DNA of 64,000 nt, from positions 13,440 through 77,439 of the forward strand of contig BTVV01000018.1 of the NCBI GenBank assembly GCA_045863855.1. The letters are read 5' to 3'. A program made the translations under genes and the position numbers. Positions 46,874-55,228 of this stretch are shown piece after piece (position 1 is the first letter of the stretch; each line of letters opens with the position of its first letter). Under the pieces are notes generated by a model. The model saw only the letters and a list, made by a program, of their open reading frames with translations. It was not told where the DNA came from and did not search any database. This DNA is from Planctomycetota bacterium (GTDB taxonomy: Bacteria > Planctomycetota > SZUA-567 > H5-PLA8).

Positions 46874-47233
46874 TTACGAAGCGACTTGAGCGAGCTGGTT
46901 CTTCACCTCTTGAACCAACGCATCGAACTCGATGGGTTTGGTCAAGACGGGGCAGTCCACGCCCGCCAGCTCACCGCTGGCGGTGCCGGTAACGAAGATG
47001 AATCGGCCGCGCAACTCCGGACGCGACTGGCAGATGCGATGGTACAGTTCGAGCCCGTTCAGCCGGGGCATGTCAAAATCCGTAACCACCACCTGCCACT
47101 CGCCTTTAGCCAATAGCTCCAATGCACCCTGGCCGTCGATCGCTTCCACGAGTTCCGCATTAAGCGGAGCAAGCAAGGAACGAATCAGGTTGCGAATGTC
47201 GGTGTTGTCTTCGACCACCAGAATGCGCGACAT
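46874..47233 (-). CDS. Single-domain response regulator
   Basis: VVEDN, VTDFDMP, VTG, TKP. Confidence 0.88.
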   Translation of the reverse strand: MSRILVVEDNTDIRNLIRSLLAPLNAELVEAIDGQGALELLAKGEWQVVVTDFDMPRLNGLELYHRICQSRPELRGRFIFVTGTASGELAGVDCPVLTKPIEFDALVQEVKNQLAQVAS

Positions 47234-47592
47234 GAACGAAACCCGTGGCTGAGCGGTATGCAAAATCGTTGCGGGTTCATTTTGTTTCACGTTTCATCCG
47301 TTGCAAGCGATTCCCGTGGTGGATGGTCGATAAATAGCAATATCGCGGATTTGTGCGTACGAGCTGCAACGAGCGCGTGAGCAATAGGCGCCCAGGATCA
47401 GATGGAGCCGGTTTGTGAAAACGATATATTTGTTGCGCCGCGCAACTCGGTGCAGCACCCATGCAATCACTCATAAATAACCTATTATTATACTAATTTA
47501 CTTGCGTAAGCACGATGTGAAGGTAATTATGGTAAAGCGTTAAACGAAACACGCCGCGCAGCCACCAACTAGAAGGTAAGTGGAGAAGCGCT

Positions 47593-50500
47593 ATGCTTTC
47601 ACACCCTCCAAATCACAATGTTCATATCGACAGTAGTCTGCATGTAGTGATGCTGGTGCTGCTGGCAATCTCTTTCACGATGGCCGCCCCAAGCGCTCAC
47701 GCCGGCTCTGCCAACTTAGAAATCACCAGCATTAGCGATGCGCCCGATCCCTTCGCCGGAGCAGGCGGAGCGCCCTGGATCATGAATGCTCAGGTTCGCT
47801 ATCCGGTGATCCTGCCTAGCCGGCAAGGCGGTGTGCTCAGCAACGCGACCGAAGTGTATGTGCTGACCGAGTTGCAACGCTCGAACGGCTCGACGGTACA
47901 GACGTTGGAGTCGAGCTTTCCGGCCGATCGCCGCCCGGGACAGCCCGTGGGCAGCGCGGTACAGGCGGTCGTGCATTCCTGGAACGGGACGGACATCAAC
48001 GGGCAAGCGCTCCCGCCGGGCCGATATAATTACACGGTTCGCGCCTATTTGGTGGAAACGCTCACCATACGCGTGCTGCGGTTTACCATTCGAATTACGG
48101 TCGTGCTCATGACCAGCTCTCCGCGCAGCGGAACGGTGGAGATCCGCGCGGGCGATACGCAGGCGCCTACGATCACGCCGCTCGCTCCGTCCGACGGCGC
48201 GTGGTTGGCCCAGGCCCAACCCGCGATCTCCGCCGCATTCGCCGATGTGGGCAGCGGCGTGAATCCCGCCTCGGTCTCCGTCTGGCTGGATGGCGTGGCG
48301 CGCAGCGTAAGCGCGAACGCCGGCGGCTTCAGCTTCACGCCCCCCGCGCCGCTGTCCGATGGCCGCCACGACGTTCGCGTCGAACTTCGCGACCTGGCCG
48401 GCAATCCGGCTGCGGCGCAATGGAGCTTCTATACCGATACGGCGGACCCGGTGGTTTCCGGCATGGCACCCGCGGCCGATGCGTGGACGAACAGCCGGAA
48501 CCCGGCGCTGGCCGCAAGCTTCGGCGATCCCGCGCCGGGATCCGGCATCGATCCGGCGTCGATCCGCGTCTTCCTCGATGGCGCGGATCTTTCCGCGAAC
48601 GCCACGGCATCGGGCTTCGCCTTTAATGCTCCGGTACCTTTAATGGACGGTCCGCATACGTTGCTGGTGCAGCTGGCCGACCGGGTCGGTCATGCGGTCA
48701 CGGCCGCACGGAGCTTTTTCGTGGACGCCACCGCGCCGGTCTTCGCGGACCTCTCGCCCGCGAACGGCGCGCTGGTGCCGGACGGCGATCCGGTCCTATC
48801 CGGGAGCTTTTCCGACGGCGGCAGCGGCATCGATGCGAACAGCTTCGCGTTGCGGCTGAACGGCTCGTCCATCGCCGCGACGCTGAGCCCCGACCGCTTC
48901 ACCCATACGCCGCTTTCGTGGCTCGAGGACGGCCTGTATCAGGCCGAGGCCGAAGTGCGCGACGCGGCCGGAAACCGCGGCCTCGCGGCCTGGTCGTTCC
49001 GCATCGATACGCGCGCGCCGGTCATCACGAACTTGATGCCGGCCGGTGGCGGCTGCACGAACGATCCGCGTCCGGTCTTTTCAGCGGTATTCGGCGATGC
49101 CGAGTCGGGCAGCGGGATCGATCCGGCGCGCACGCGCGTGTTGCTGAACGGATCGGATGTAACGGAACAAGCCCAAGTGCTGGCCGGGGGCTTCGTTTTC
49201 CAGCCGGCCGAGCCCTTGCCCGACGGCGTGCACGGCCTGCGGCTGGAAATTTACGATCGCGCCGGCCACTCGGCCGCGGCAGAGACGTCCGTCGAAGTCG
49301 ACACCACGCCCCCGCCGGCGCCGGTGATCGATCAGGTGGTCCGCACGGCCGACCGCGTGACGGTCTCGGGCGATTCGCCGCACGACGTCGTGGCCATCCT
49401 GGCCACGGCCGACGGCGCGATCGTCGAAAGCGCGATCATCGCGAGCTTCGTGGTGGTGTTCGCAAAGGATGGGCAGGAGACCTTCGACTTCTCCTTGCGC
49501 TTCCGCGATTGCGCGGGCAATGTCGGACCGGCCACGTCGGCACAGGAGAGCTTCCTGAGCGATCCGAGCGGTCCTCCCTTGGCATTCCAGAGCGCGGGGC
49601 TCCTGATTCCGTCGGGCAAGAAGCGCGTGGACCGCAACGGGACGATGTTCACCAACAGCACCACGATCACCGCGCGTTTCGCGCTCAGCGGCGGAACCGC
49701 GCCGTACTTCGCGACAGTCAACGGCATCGAAGCCGAGCCCGTGGGTTCGCTGGGCTCGGTGTACGAGGTCACCTTCGCCGGACTCCCCGAAGGAGCGCAC
49801 ACGTTCACGCTCCAAGCCACCGACACGTCCGACCGGACCGTGGAAACGAACCTCGAAGCGTTCGTGGACCTGACGCCGCCCGTGCTGCGGATTCGAAGCG
49901 CGACGCGCACCTTCCCCCTGGACCACCTGATCACCAACCAGGCTTGGCGCTTCTGCGAGGTTTCGGGCGAAGCCGGCGACGATGCTTCAGGCCCAGCCAC
50001 GGTGCAGGTGGATATTTTCTGCTGCACTGATTTCGAATTGAGGCGCGAGACGCTGATTCTGGACCCGGCGAATCCCATGGCGTGGTTCGCCACCTCGGTG
50101 GGCATCGGCGGAGCCGAGCGCCAGTATCCCGTCACGGTGCGTCTCTTCGACGCGCTGGGCAACAGCGTGAGCCAATCGTTCGCCATCGAACTCGATACGC
50201 ACAAGCCCGGCGTGGATCCTTTCGAACCGGGCGCCGGCAACGGCCATCTGCTCCCGTACGGGCACACCGACGGCTGGCTGCAGACCGACACGACGGCTTG
50301 GGGCGATGCCCATGCCTATATCCCGCCCGATTCGGGTACGCCGGTGGCGACGATCCCGCTCCCGCTGACTTCGACGCGCTACCTCCTGGTGCGGCGCGAA
50401 CAGAGCCTCGGACCGGTGTGCGTGACGGTACCCGTGGCCGACCTGGCCGGAAATACGGGCGATCTGATCGTGCATTTCGAGGAACTGCAGATCGAAAACA

Positions 50501-51648
50501 TCACCGCGAGCGCCGCTTCGCCGCTGGTGCTGGTGCCCGCCGGACCTCCCGAATTGCGCCGCGAACACGCCGAAGAGCAGATCCGCAACGCGCTGCGTCT
50601 GGACATCTTGGACCGCGCCGTATTCCTCTTCCAGTCCAACTCGGCGCAAAGCGCGGCGTATGAACTGTCCATGCCCGTCCGGGGCGAGATCGACAACACC
50701 CACAGCTTCCTGACTCGCGGGCAATTGGTTTTCCTGCGCACCAACGGGAACCCCGACACGGCCGACATTCACAACCTGGATCTCGAAGCCTTCGCGATCG
50801 ACGGACTCGACATCGCATCCTCTACGCGCTGGCTGGGTCCGCCGCTGGAAATTCCGCACACGCTCTCGATCACGGCGCGCGTCACCTTCGACGGCGCGGA
50901 CCTGACCGTGACCGAAGCGGTGAACTTCTACATCACCGCCTCAGGGCCGGGGCCGGCCTTCGAGGACGGCGTGCCCACGTTCGACCGTGCTTCGCGCGTC
51001 AGCCCGGGCACGCTGGTACTGCCGCGCGAAGACGAGGATGAAAAGCTGGTGGAAGTCTTTATCGCCGCTCAGCTCGGTACGGCCCCGGAGTCCTACTTCC
51101 CGTATATCGACGGCTTGGAAGTGGTCAGCGCCGACGGCACGCAAGGATCCGCCATGGTACGCTTGCTGCCCAGCCGAGGTACGCCCAACGAAGAGGGATA
51201 CGTGGAAGGTTCGCCCACCGGACTTCTGCCAGTCATGGGCGCCCCAGAGATGCTGAACGTGGTCAGCGTCCGGCCCAGTCAACTGGAGCCCGGCACCAAG
51301 ATGACGCTCACGATCTCCGGCGGCGACTTGCCCGATGCGAACCGGCCCATAGGACCGTTCGACTACGCGGACGACGAAGAGTTGTGGACGCGGCTGGAGC
51401 GCCAGGATCTGGCGGGCAGCTTCGGATTCGAGCGCAGCGTGGGCGACCTGCCGCCACCGGGCGCCGATTCGGCAATCGAAGTCCTGCGCGTCCGCGTGCG
51501 CAAAGATCCGCGCGTGTACACCTCGCTGGGGCACGTGGACCTGGAAGTGCTCGTCGGCGCCGATGTGCCGCAGGGCCTCTACGACCTTGTCGTGCCGCTG
51601 AAAGCCGGCGGAACTCTACGGCTGCCGCACGTCTTACGCGTGCCCTAG
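47593..51648 (+). CDS. Large secreted Ig-like repeat protein (FlgD-like N-terminal domain)
   Basis: Signal peptide (AHA); WNGTD..GQALPPGRY FlgD-Ig motif; multiple DT.AP...D.AGN Ig-like repeats. Confidence 0.8.
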   Translation: MLSHPPNHNVHIDSSLHVVMLVLLAISFTMAAPSAHAGSANLEITSISDAPDPFAGAGGAPWIMNAQVRYPVILPSRQGGVLSNATEVYVLTELQRSNGSTVQTLESSFPADRRPGQPVGSAVQAVVHSWNGTDINGQALPPGRYNYTVRAYLVETLTIRVLRFTIRITVVLMTSSPRSGTVEIRAGDTQAPTITPLAPSDGAWLAQAQPAISAAFADVGSGVNPASVSVWLDGVARSVSANAGGFSFTPPAPLSDGRHDVRVELRDLAGNPAAAQWSFYTDTADPVVSGMAPAADAWTNSRNPALAASFGDPAPGSGIDPASIRVFLDGADLSANATASGFAFNAPVPLMDGPHTLLVQLADRVGHAVTAARSFFVDATAPVFADLSPANGALVPDGDPVLSGSFSDGGSGIDANSFALRLNGSSIAATLSPDRFTHTPLSWLEDGLYQAEAEVRDAAGNRGLAAWSFRIDTRAPVITNLMPAGGGCTNDPRPVFSAVFGDAESGSGIDPARTRVLLNGSDVTEQAQVLAGGFVFQPAEPLPDGVHGLRLEIYDRAGHSAAAETSVEVDTTPPPAPVIDQVVRTADRVTVSGDSPHDVVAILATADGAIVESAIIASFVVVFAKDGQETFDFSLRFRDCAGNVGPATSAQESFLSDPSGPPLAFQSAGLLIPSGKKRVDRNGTMFTNSTTITARFALSGGTAPYFATVNGIEAEPVGSLGSVYEVTFAGLPEGAHTFTLQATDTSDRTVETNLEAFVDLTPPVLRIRSATRTFPLDHLITNQAWRFCEVSGEAGDDASGPATVQVDIFCCTDFELRRETLILDPANPMAWFATSVGIGGAERQYPVTVRLFDALGNSVSQSFAIELDTHKPGVDPFEPGAGNGHLLPYGHTDGWLQTDTTAWGDAHAYIPPDSGTPVATIPLPLTSTRYLLVRREQSLGPVCVTVPVADLAGNTGDLIVHFEELQIENITASAASPLVLVPAGPPELRREHAEEQIRNALRLDILDRAVFLFQSNSAQSAAYELSMPVRGEIDNTHSFLTRGQLVFLRTNGNPDTADIHNLDLEAFAIDGLDIASSTRWLGPPLEIPHTLSITARVTFDGADLTVTEAVNFYITASGPGPAFEDGVPTFDRASRVSPGTLVLPREDEDEKLVEVFIAAQLGTAPESYFPYIDGLEVVSADGTQGSAMVRLLPSRGTPNEEGYVEGSPTGLLPVMGAPEMLNVVSVRPSQLEPGTKMTLTISGGDLPDANRPIGPFDYADDEELWTRLERQDLAGSFGFERSVGDLPPPGADSAIEVLRVRVRKDPRVYTSLGHVDLEVLVGADVPQGLYDLVVPLKAGGTLRLPHVLRVP
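48154..49299 (+). repeat. Four tandem 94-98 aa Ig-like coding repeats (ABAB)
   Basis: Units start at 48154, 48436, 48724 and 49006 (DTQAP, DTADP, DATAP, DTRAP). Confidence 0.8.
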
Positions 51649-51726
51649 AGCGTTATCGGAAATGCTGTATCGCCATCTGCTTGCCCCGGCGAGCCGCATC
51701 TCCGTTGCAACGTATTGGGCCGTATA

Positions 51727-53949
51727 TCATTTCTGAAAACGCTCAAGCGCGACCTCGGGAAGCGCCAAGCGCCGCTGCGTCCCGTTGTAGCGGTGCAGGG
51801 TCAAGCCCGCGGCGTCCCGTTCGACGCGCGCGAGCTCGGGCGATCCACGATGGAATTCCAGCGCCGCGCCGAAGATCCGCGCGTTACCGAGCGCTCGGGC
51901 CAAGATCGTGCCGCGATCCAGCGCAGCCGGATTGCCCGGGGTACGCCCCCACGTGAGTTCGAACGGCGCGTCGCATGTGACGCACAACCTCAGCCAGCCG
52001 CCGTGGCCCAGCCTCCAATCGGCCACTGCATGAGCGAGGCCCGCGGCCGATTGGCGCGCGGTCAAGAGCCCGTAGACGCCTGTATCGGGGAGCGCCGGTA
52101 AAGCGGATGCGGACTCGCTGGAACGCTCCGCATGCACCCGCAGCGCGCCCCGGGCGTGGAACACGAATCCGCAGCGCCGTTCGCCGGAGGCCTCCAGGCG
52201 GTCGGCCAGCGCCACGAAGTCCGAACCGAAAAAAACGGTGCGAGCCAGGCGCGCGCCGTCGTACACGCCTTCGCGCACTTCGTCCCCGCGCCGCTGCATC
52301 ACTTTCCACAACTTGCCGCGCGCGCCTTCGCGATCGCCTTCCACGCAGCCGTAGGCCCACGGCACTTCCGCTTGCAATCCGGACTCGAACGCGAGACTGC
52401 GCATCGGCCCCTGATCGGTTTCGTCCAAAAGCAGCGTGTGGTGGCTAAGGGTTCCGTTCAGAAAAGTGGTCCAGACGCTGTCGCTGAAGCCCGTCAGGCC
52501 TTGGTCGGCCGCGACGGGTTCTCCGCCGGCATGCAGCGAAATCGAGAGCTTGTCGTGATGATGATGCCCTTGGCCGCCCGCGTTGTCCTCGCCGGCCAGG
52601 AACCAGGCGTCCAAGGGCTTGCCGCATGCCGCGCCGCGGAATACCGCCATGCGCGCGGCGGGTAGTACGGTGTGCTTCCGAGCCGGGAATCCTGAAGCGG
52701 GCAGAACGTCCGGCCCGTAGGCCAGCGCCGACAGATGTTCGCGCGTGGCGCCCGAGGTCTCGTACAGGGTCGCCAGTGCCGGTCCAAAACGCTCGGCATC
52801 CACCTGCCCCGCCGCGAACTCGTACACGTGCCGGTACTGCGCCAAGGATAACTGGCCAGCGGCCGATCGGTCGCCGACCGTCACGAAGCGGAGGCCGGCA
52901 TCCACGAGCTGCAGCGGCGCTTCCAGAAGCGCTCGCAGGCGCCCGCGCAGTTCTTCGTCAACGACACCTTCCTGTTCGGCGAGCCGGAAGAGCGGCAGGA
53001 GCGGAATCGCCGCATAGAAGTGGTAGAAGCTGGAGGTCTCGAACCAAAAGCCGTCGATGGCGCCGCTGCGTTCGTCTTTCGGAACGCCCTGAAGCAGAAG
53101 GATCCGGAGCCCGGCGCGTTCGGAGTGCAGCGCTTGATCGATCCATTCGCGCCGGCCAAGCTTGCGCCCCAACAGTCCCAGCGCCGCCGAACCCCAGCAT
53201 GCCATGTTGTGAACGTCCATCACCTTCATCCAGCGCGAGAGAGTTTCGCCGCCGGCGGCGAGCACATGCTGCCGAACGGCCTGCGCGAGTTCCTCCGTAC
53301 CGCCCGGCGCGCCTTCAACCAGTTCGAAGGCCTGCAAGAACTGAAGCTGCGCCTGAGCTTCGTACAAGCCGCCGTAAACCAGCGAGTAGCCTTTCTCGCG
53401 CTGTTCACCCTTGACTCGACCTTCGCCCGACGTTTCCACCCGGCCGGGGCGGTAGAGGTCGTCCACGGCTTGGCGCAAGCCGGCCCAGACCCAACGGGCG
53501 TAACGCTCATCTCCAGTCAACCGCCACAGGAAGCCCAAGCTGCTCATCAAGCGCCGCACGCGCTCGTGCTGCAGGATCCCCCAGCCTTCTCGCTCCAGCG
53601 CGTTCATCGCGCGGCGTTCGCCGGTGCGCGGATCCACTGCGCATTCCGGATCGCGCGGATCGAAGATCAGATGCGTCCCGTCGCCTTGCACGATCATGCC
53701 CACGCGCCCGCCCGTCGATTGCCGGGTGAAGCGCGGTTCCTCTTCAAGCACCGCCTCGGCCTCCGCGCGCCAGCGCTCCAGGGCCCGCGCCGCCCAGGGC
53801 AACGTCTCGATCTTGCGACGCATTTCAGGCACGCGCTCGGCACCCGCGTACAAGCTCGGCCAAACGTCCTCCACCAGCAGACCGCTGGCATCCGGGCAAA
53901 GTACGTTGGGCCAACCGAAGACGGGACGCGAACCGAGCGAGGCAGGCAT
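51727..53949 (-). CDS. Heparinase II/III-like (oligo)saccharide lyase, no signal peptide
   Basis: HNMACW, DGFWFETSSFYHFY, GHHHHDKLSI, SHHTL. Start moved to 53949, downstream of GGAG. Confidence 0.78.
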   Translation of the reverse strand: MPASLGSRPVFGWPNVLCPDASGLLVEDVWPSLYAGAERVPEMRRKIETLPWAARALERWRAEAEAVLEEEPRFTRQSTGGRVGMIVQGDGTHLIFDPRDPECAVDPRTGERRAMNALEREGWGILQHERVRRLMSSLGFLWRLTGDERYARWVWAGLRQAVDDLYRPGRVETSGEGRVKGEQREKGYSLVYGGLYEAQAQLQFLQAFELVEGAPGGTEELAQAVRQHVLAAGGETLSRWMKVMDVHNMACWGSAALGLLGRKLGRREWIDQALHSERAGLRILLLQGVPKDERSGAIDGFWFETSSFYHFYAAIPLLPLFRLAEQEGVVDEELRGRLRALLEAPLQLVDAGLRFVTVGDRSAAGQLSLAQYRHVYEFAAGQVDAERFGPALATLYETSGATREHLSALAYGPDVLPASGFPARKHTVLPAARMAVFRGAACGKPLDAWFLAGEDNAGGQGHHHHDKLSISLHAGGEPVAADQGLTGFSDSVWTTFLNGTLSHHTLLLDETDQGPMRSLAFESGLQAEVPWAYGCVEGDREGARGKLWKVMQRRGDEVREGVYDGARLARTVFFGSDFVALADRLEASGERRCGFVFHARGALRVHAERSSESASALPALPDTGVYGLLTARQSAAGLAHAVADWRLGHGGWLRLCVTCDAPFELTWGRTPGNPAALDRGTILARALGNARIFGAALEFHRGSPELARVERDAAGLTLHRYNGTQRRLALPEVALERFQK

Positions 53950-53978
53950 GAGAAGGTTCTCCGAGGGCCAATTTGCGC

Positions 53979-54092
53979 ATAACCTCTTAATTAGTAGGTT
54001 ATACACTGCCGGCCGCTTGATTCGCCACGGATTTGGGGTTTTCCGATTGACTTCCTGATGTTGTTTTCGCATATACCTATGGACTAAAAGGT
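53979..54092. promoter_or_regulatory. Two ACCT-N10-AGGT inverted-repeat operator candidates
   Basis: ATAACCT-N10-AGGTTAT at 53979-54002 and ACCT-N10-AGGT at 54075-54092, in the divergent intergenic region. Confidence 0.6.
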
Positions 54093-54103
54093 TTTGAGAC
54101 CCC

Positions 54104-55222
54104 ATGGCCCACTCCGCTTCTCGTTCCGATCGTTCCGCTTCCGGCGACGCACAGGTCGCCGAACTTCAAGCGTTGGCGGTGCCCAAGTACAAGCAGCTCC
54201 AAGTGTTGCTAGAACGCCGCATTCGCGATGGCGTCTACGCACCGGGGATGCAGTTGCCCACCGAAAAAGAGCTGATGCAGACGCTCGATTACAGCTACAC
54301 GACGGTTAACCGCGCGCTACAGGCGCTGGTGCGTTCTGGGCTGGTTCGGCGCAAGCGCGGCCACGGGACGTTCGTGCAAGGCGCCGTTTCGGGCGAGGCG
54401 GCGGACAGCGGCGCCGTGGCGCGCACGGTGGCGCTGTTTCACGCGGGGATTCCCGAAGCGTTTCATCCGTATTACTCCCTGCTGCGCGAAGGCTTCATCG
54501 CCGGCGCGGACCGGCACGGCGTGGCGATGAAATTCATCCTCGCCAAGCACGGCGAACTGGGGGTCCACGAGCGCTTTCGGGAGCGGCATGGCATCGTCGG
54601 CTTCGCGGCATCCCAAGCACGCGCCTCCGACCTGCGCGAAGCGCTCGCATTGCGCATTCCAGCCGTGTTGCTCTCGGAAAGTTACCCCGATCTGGCGCTG
54701 GATCGCGTGCATACCGACCATCGCGAAGGCATGCGGCTGGCCTTCGACCGCCTGCGTGCGCTGGGGCACCGGCGCTTCGCCTATTGCGGGACGTTCGACC
54801 GCGGATCGGTCCGCGACACGCTGGCCGAACTCTTCGACTGCGTACCCGAGCAGGTCCCGCTCTCGGAATACTACGCTGGAGGCTGGCAACCCGAGCACGC
54901 GCGCGGAGCCGTGGCTTGGCTGCGCGAGCTGAATCCGCGACCCACGGCGCTCTTCGTCAGCGACGAGTTCCTGTTGGCGCGAATCTGGGAGGAACTGGAT
55001 CGCGTCGGCATACGCGTGCCCAAGGATCTGGAGTTAATCGGGCGCGGCTCGCCGGTCTCGGCGGCCTTTATGGGCCGGCCGGCGACGCTAGTCGAATACG
55101 ATCCGCGCGCCCTTGGACAAGCCGCCGTGGATCTGCTGCTCGCGCCGCGCCCCGGCGGCTTTCGCGCGCCACGCACGATACGCATACCGCCTACGCTCGC
55201 GGTACGAGCATCCATCGGTTAA
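54104..55222 (+). CDS. GntR-HTH regulator with LacI-type sensor domain
   Basis: PKYKQL...LPTEKEL...TVNRAL..L...GLVRRKRGHGTFV; PTALFVSD, VPKDL. Confidence 0.9.
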   Translation: MAHSASRSDRSASGDAQVAELQALAVPKYKQLQVLLERRIRDGVYAPGMQLPTEKELMQTLDYSYTTVNRALQALVRSGLVRRKRGHGTFVQGAVSGEAADSGAVARTVALFHAGIPEAFHPYYSLLREGFIAGADRHGVAMKFILAKHGELGVHERFRERHGIVGFAASQARASDLREALALRIPAVLLSESYPDLALDRVHTDHREGMRLAFDRLRALGHRRFAYCGTFDRGSVRDTLAELFDCVPEQVPLSEYYAGGWQPEHARGAVAWLRELNPRPTALFVSDEFLLARIWEELDRVGIRVPKDLELIGRGSPVSAAFMGRPATLVEYDPRALGQAAVDLLLAPRPGGFRAPRTIRIPPTLAVRASIG

Positions 55223-55228
55223 AGCGCC

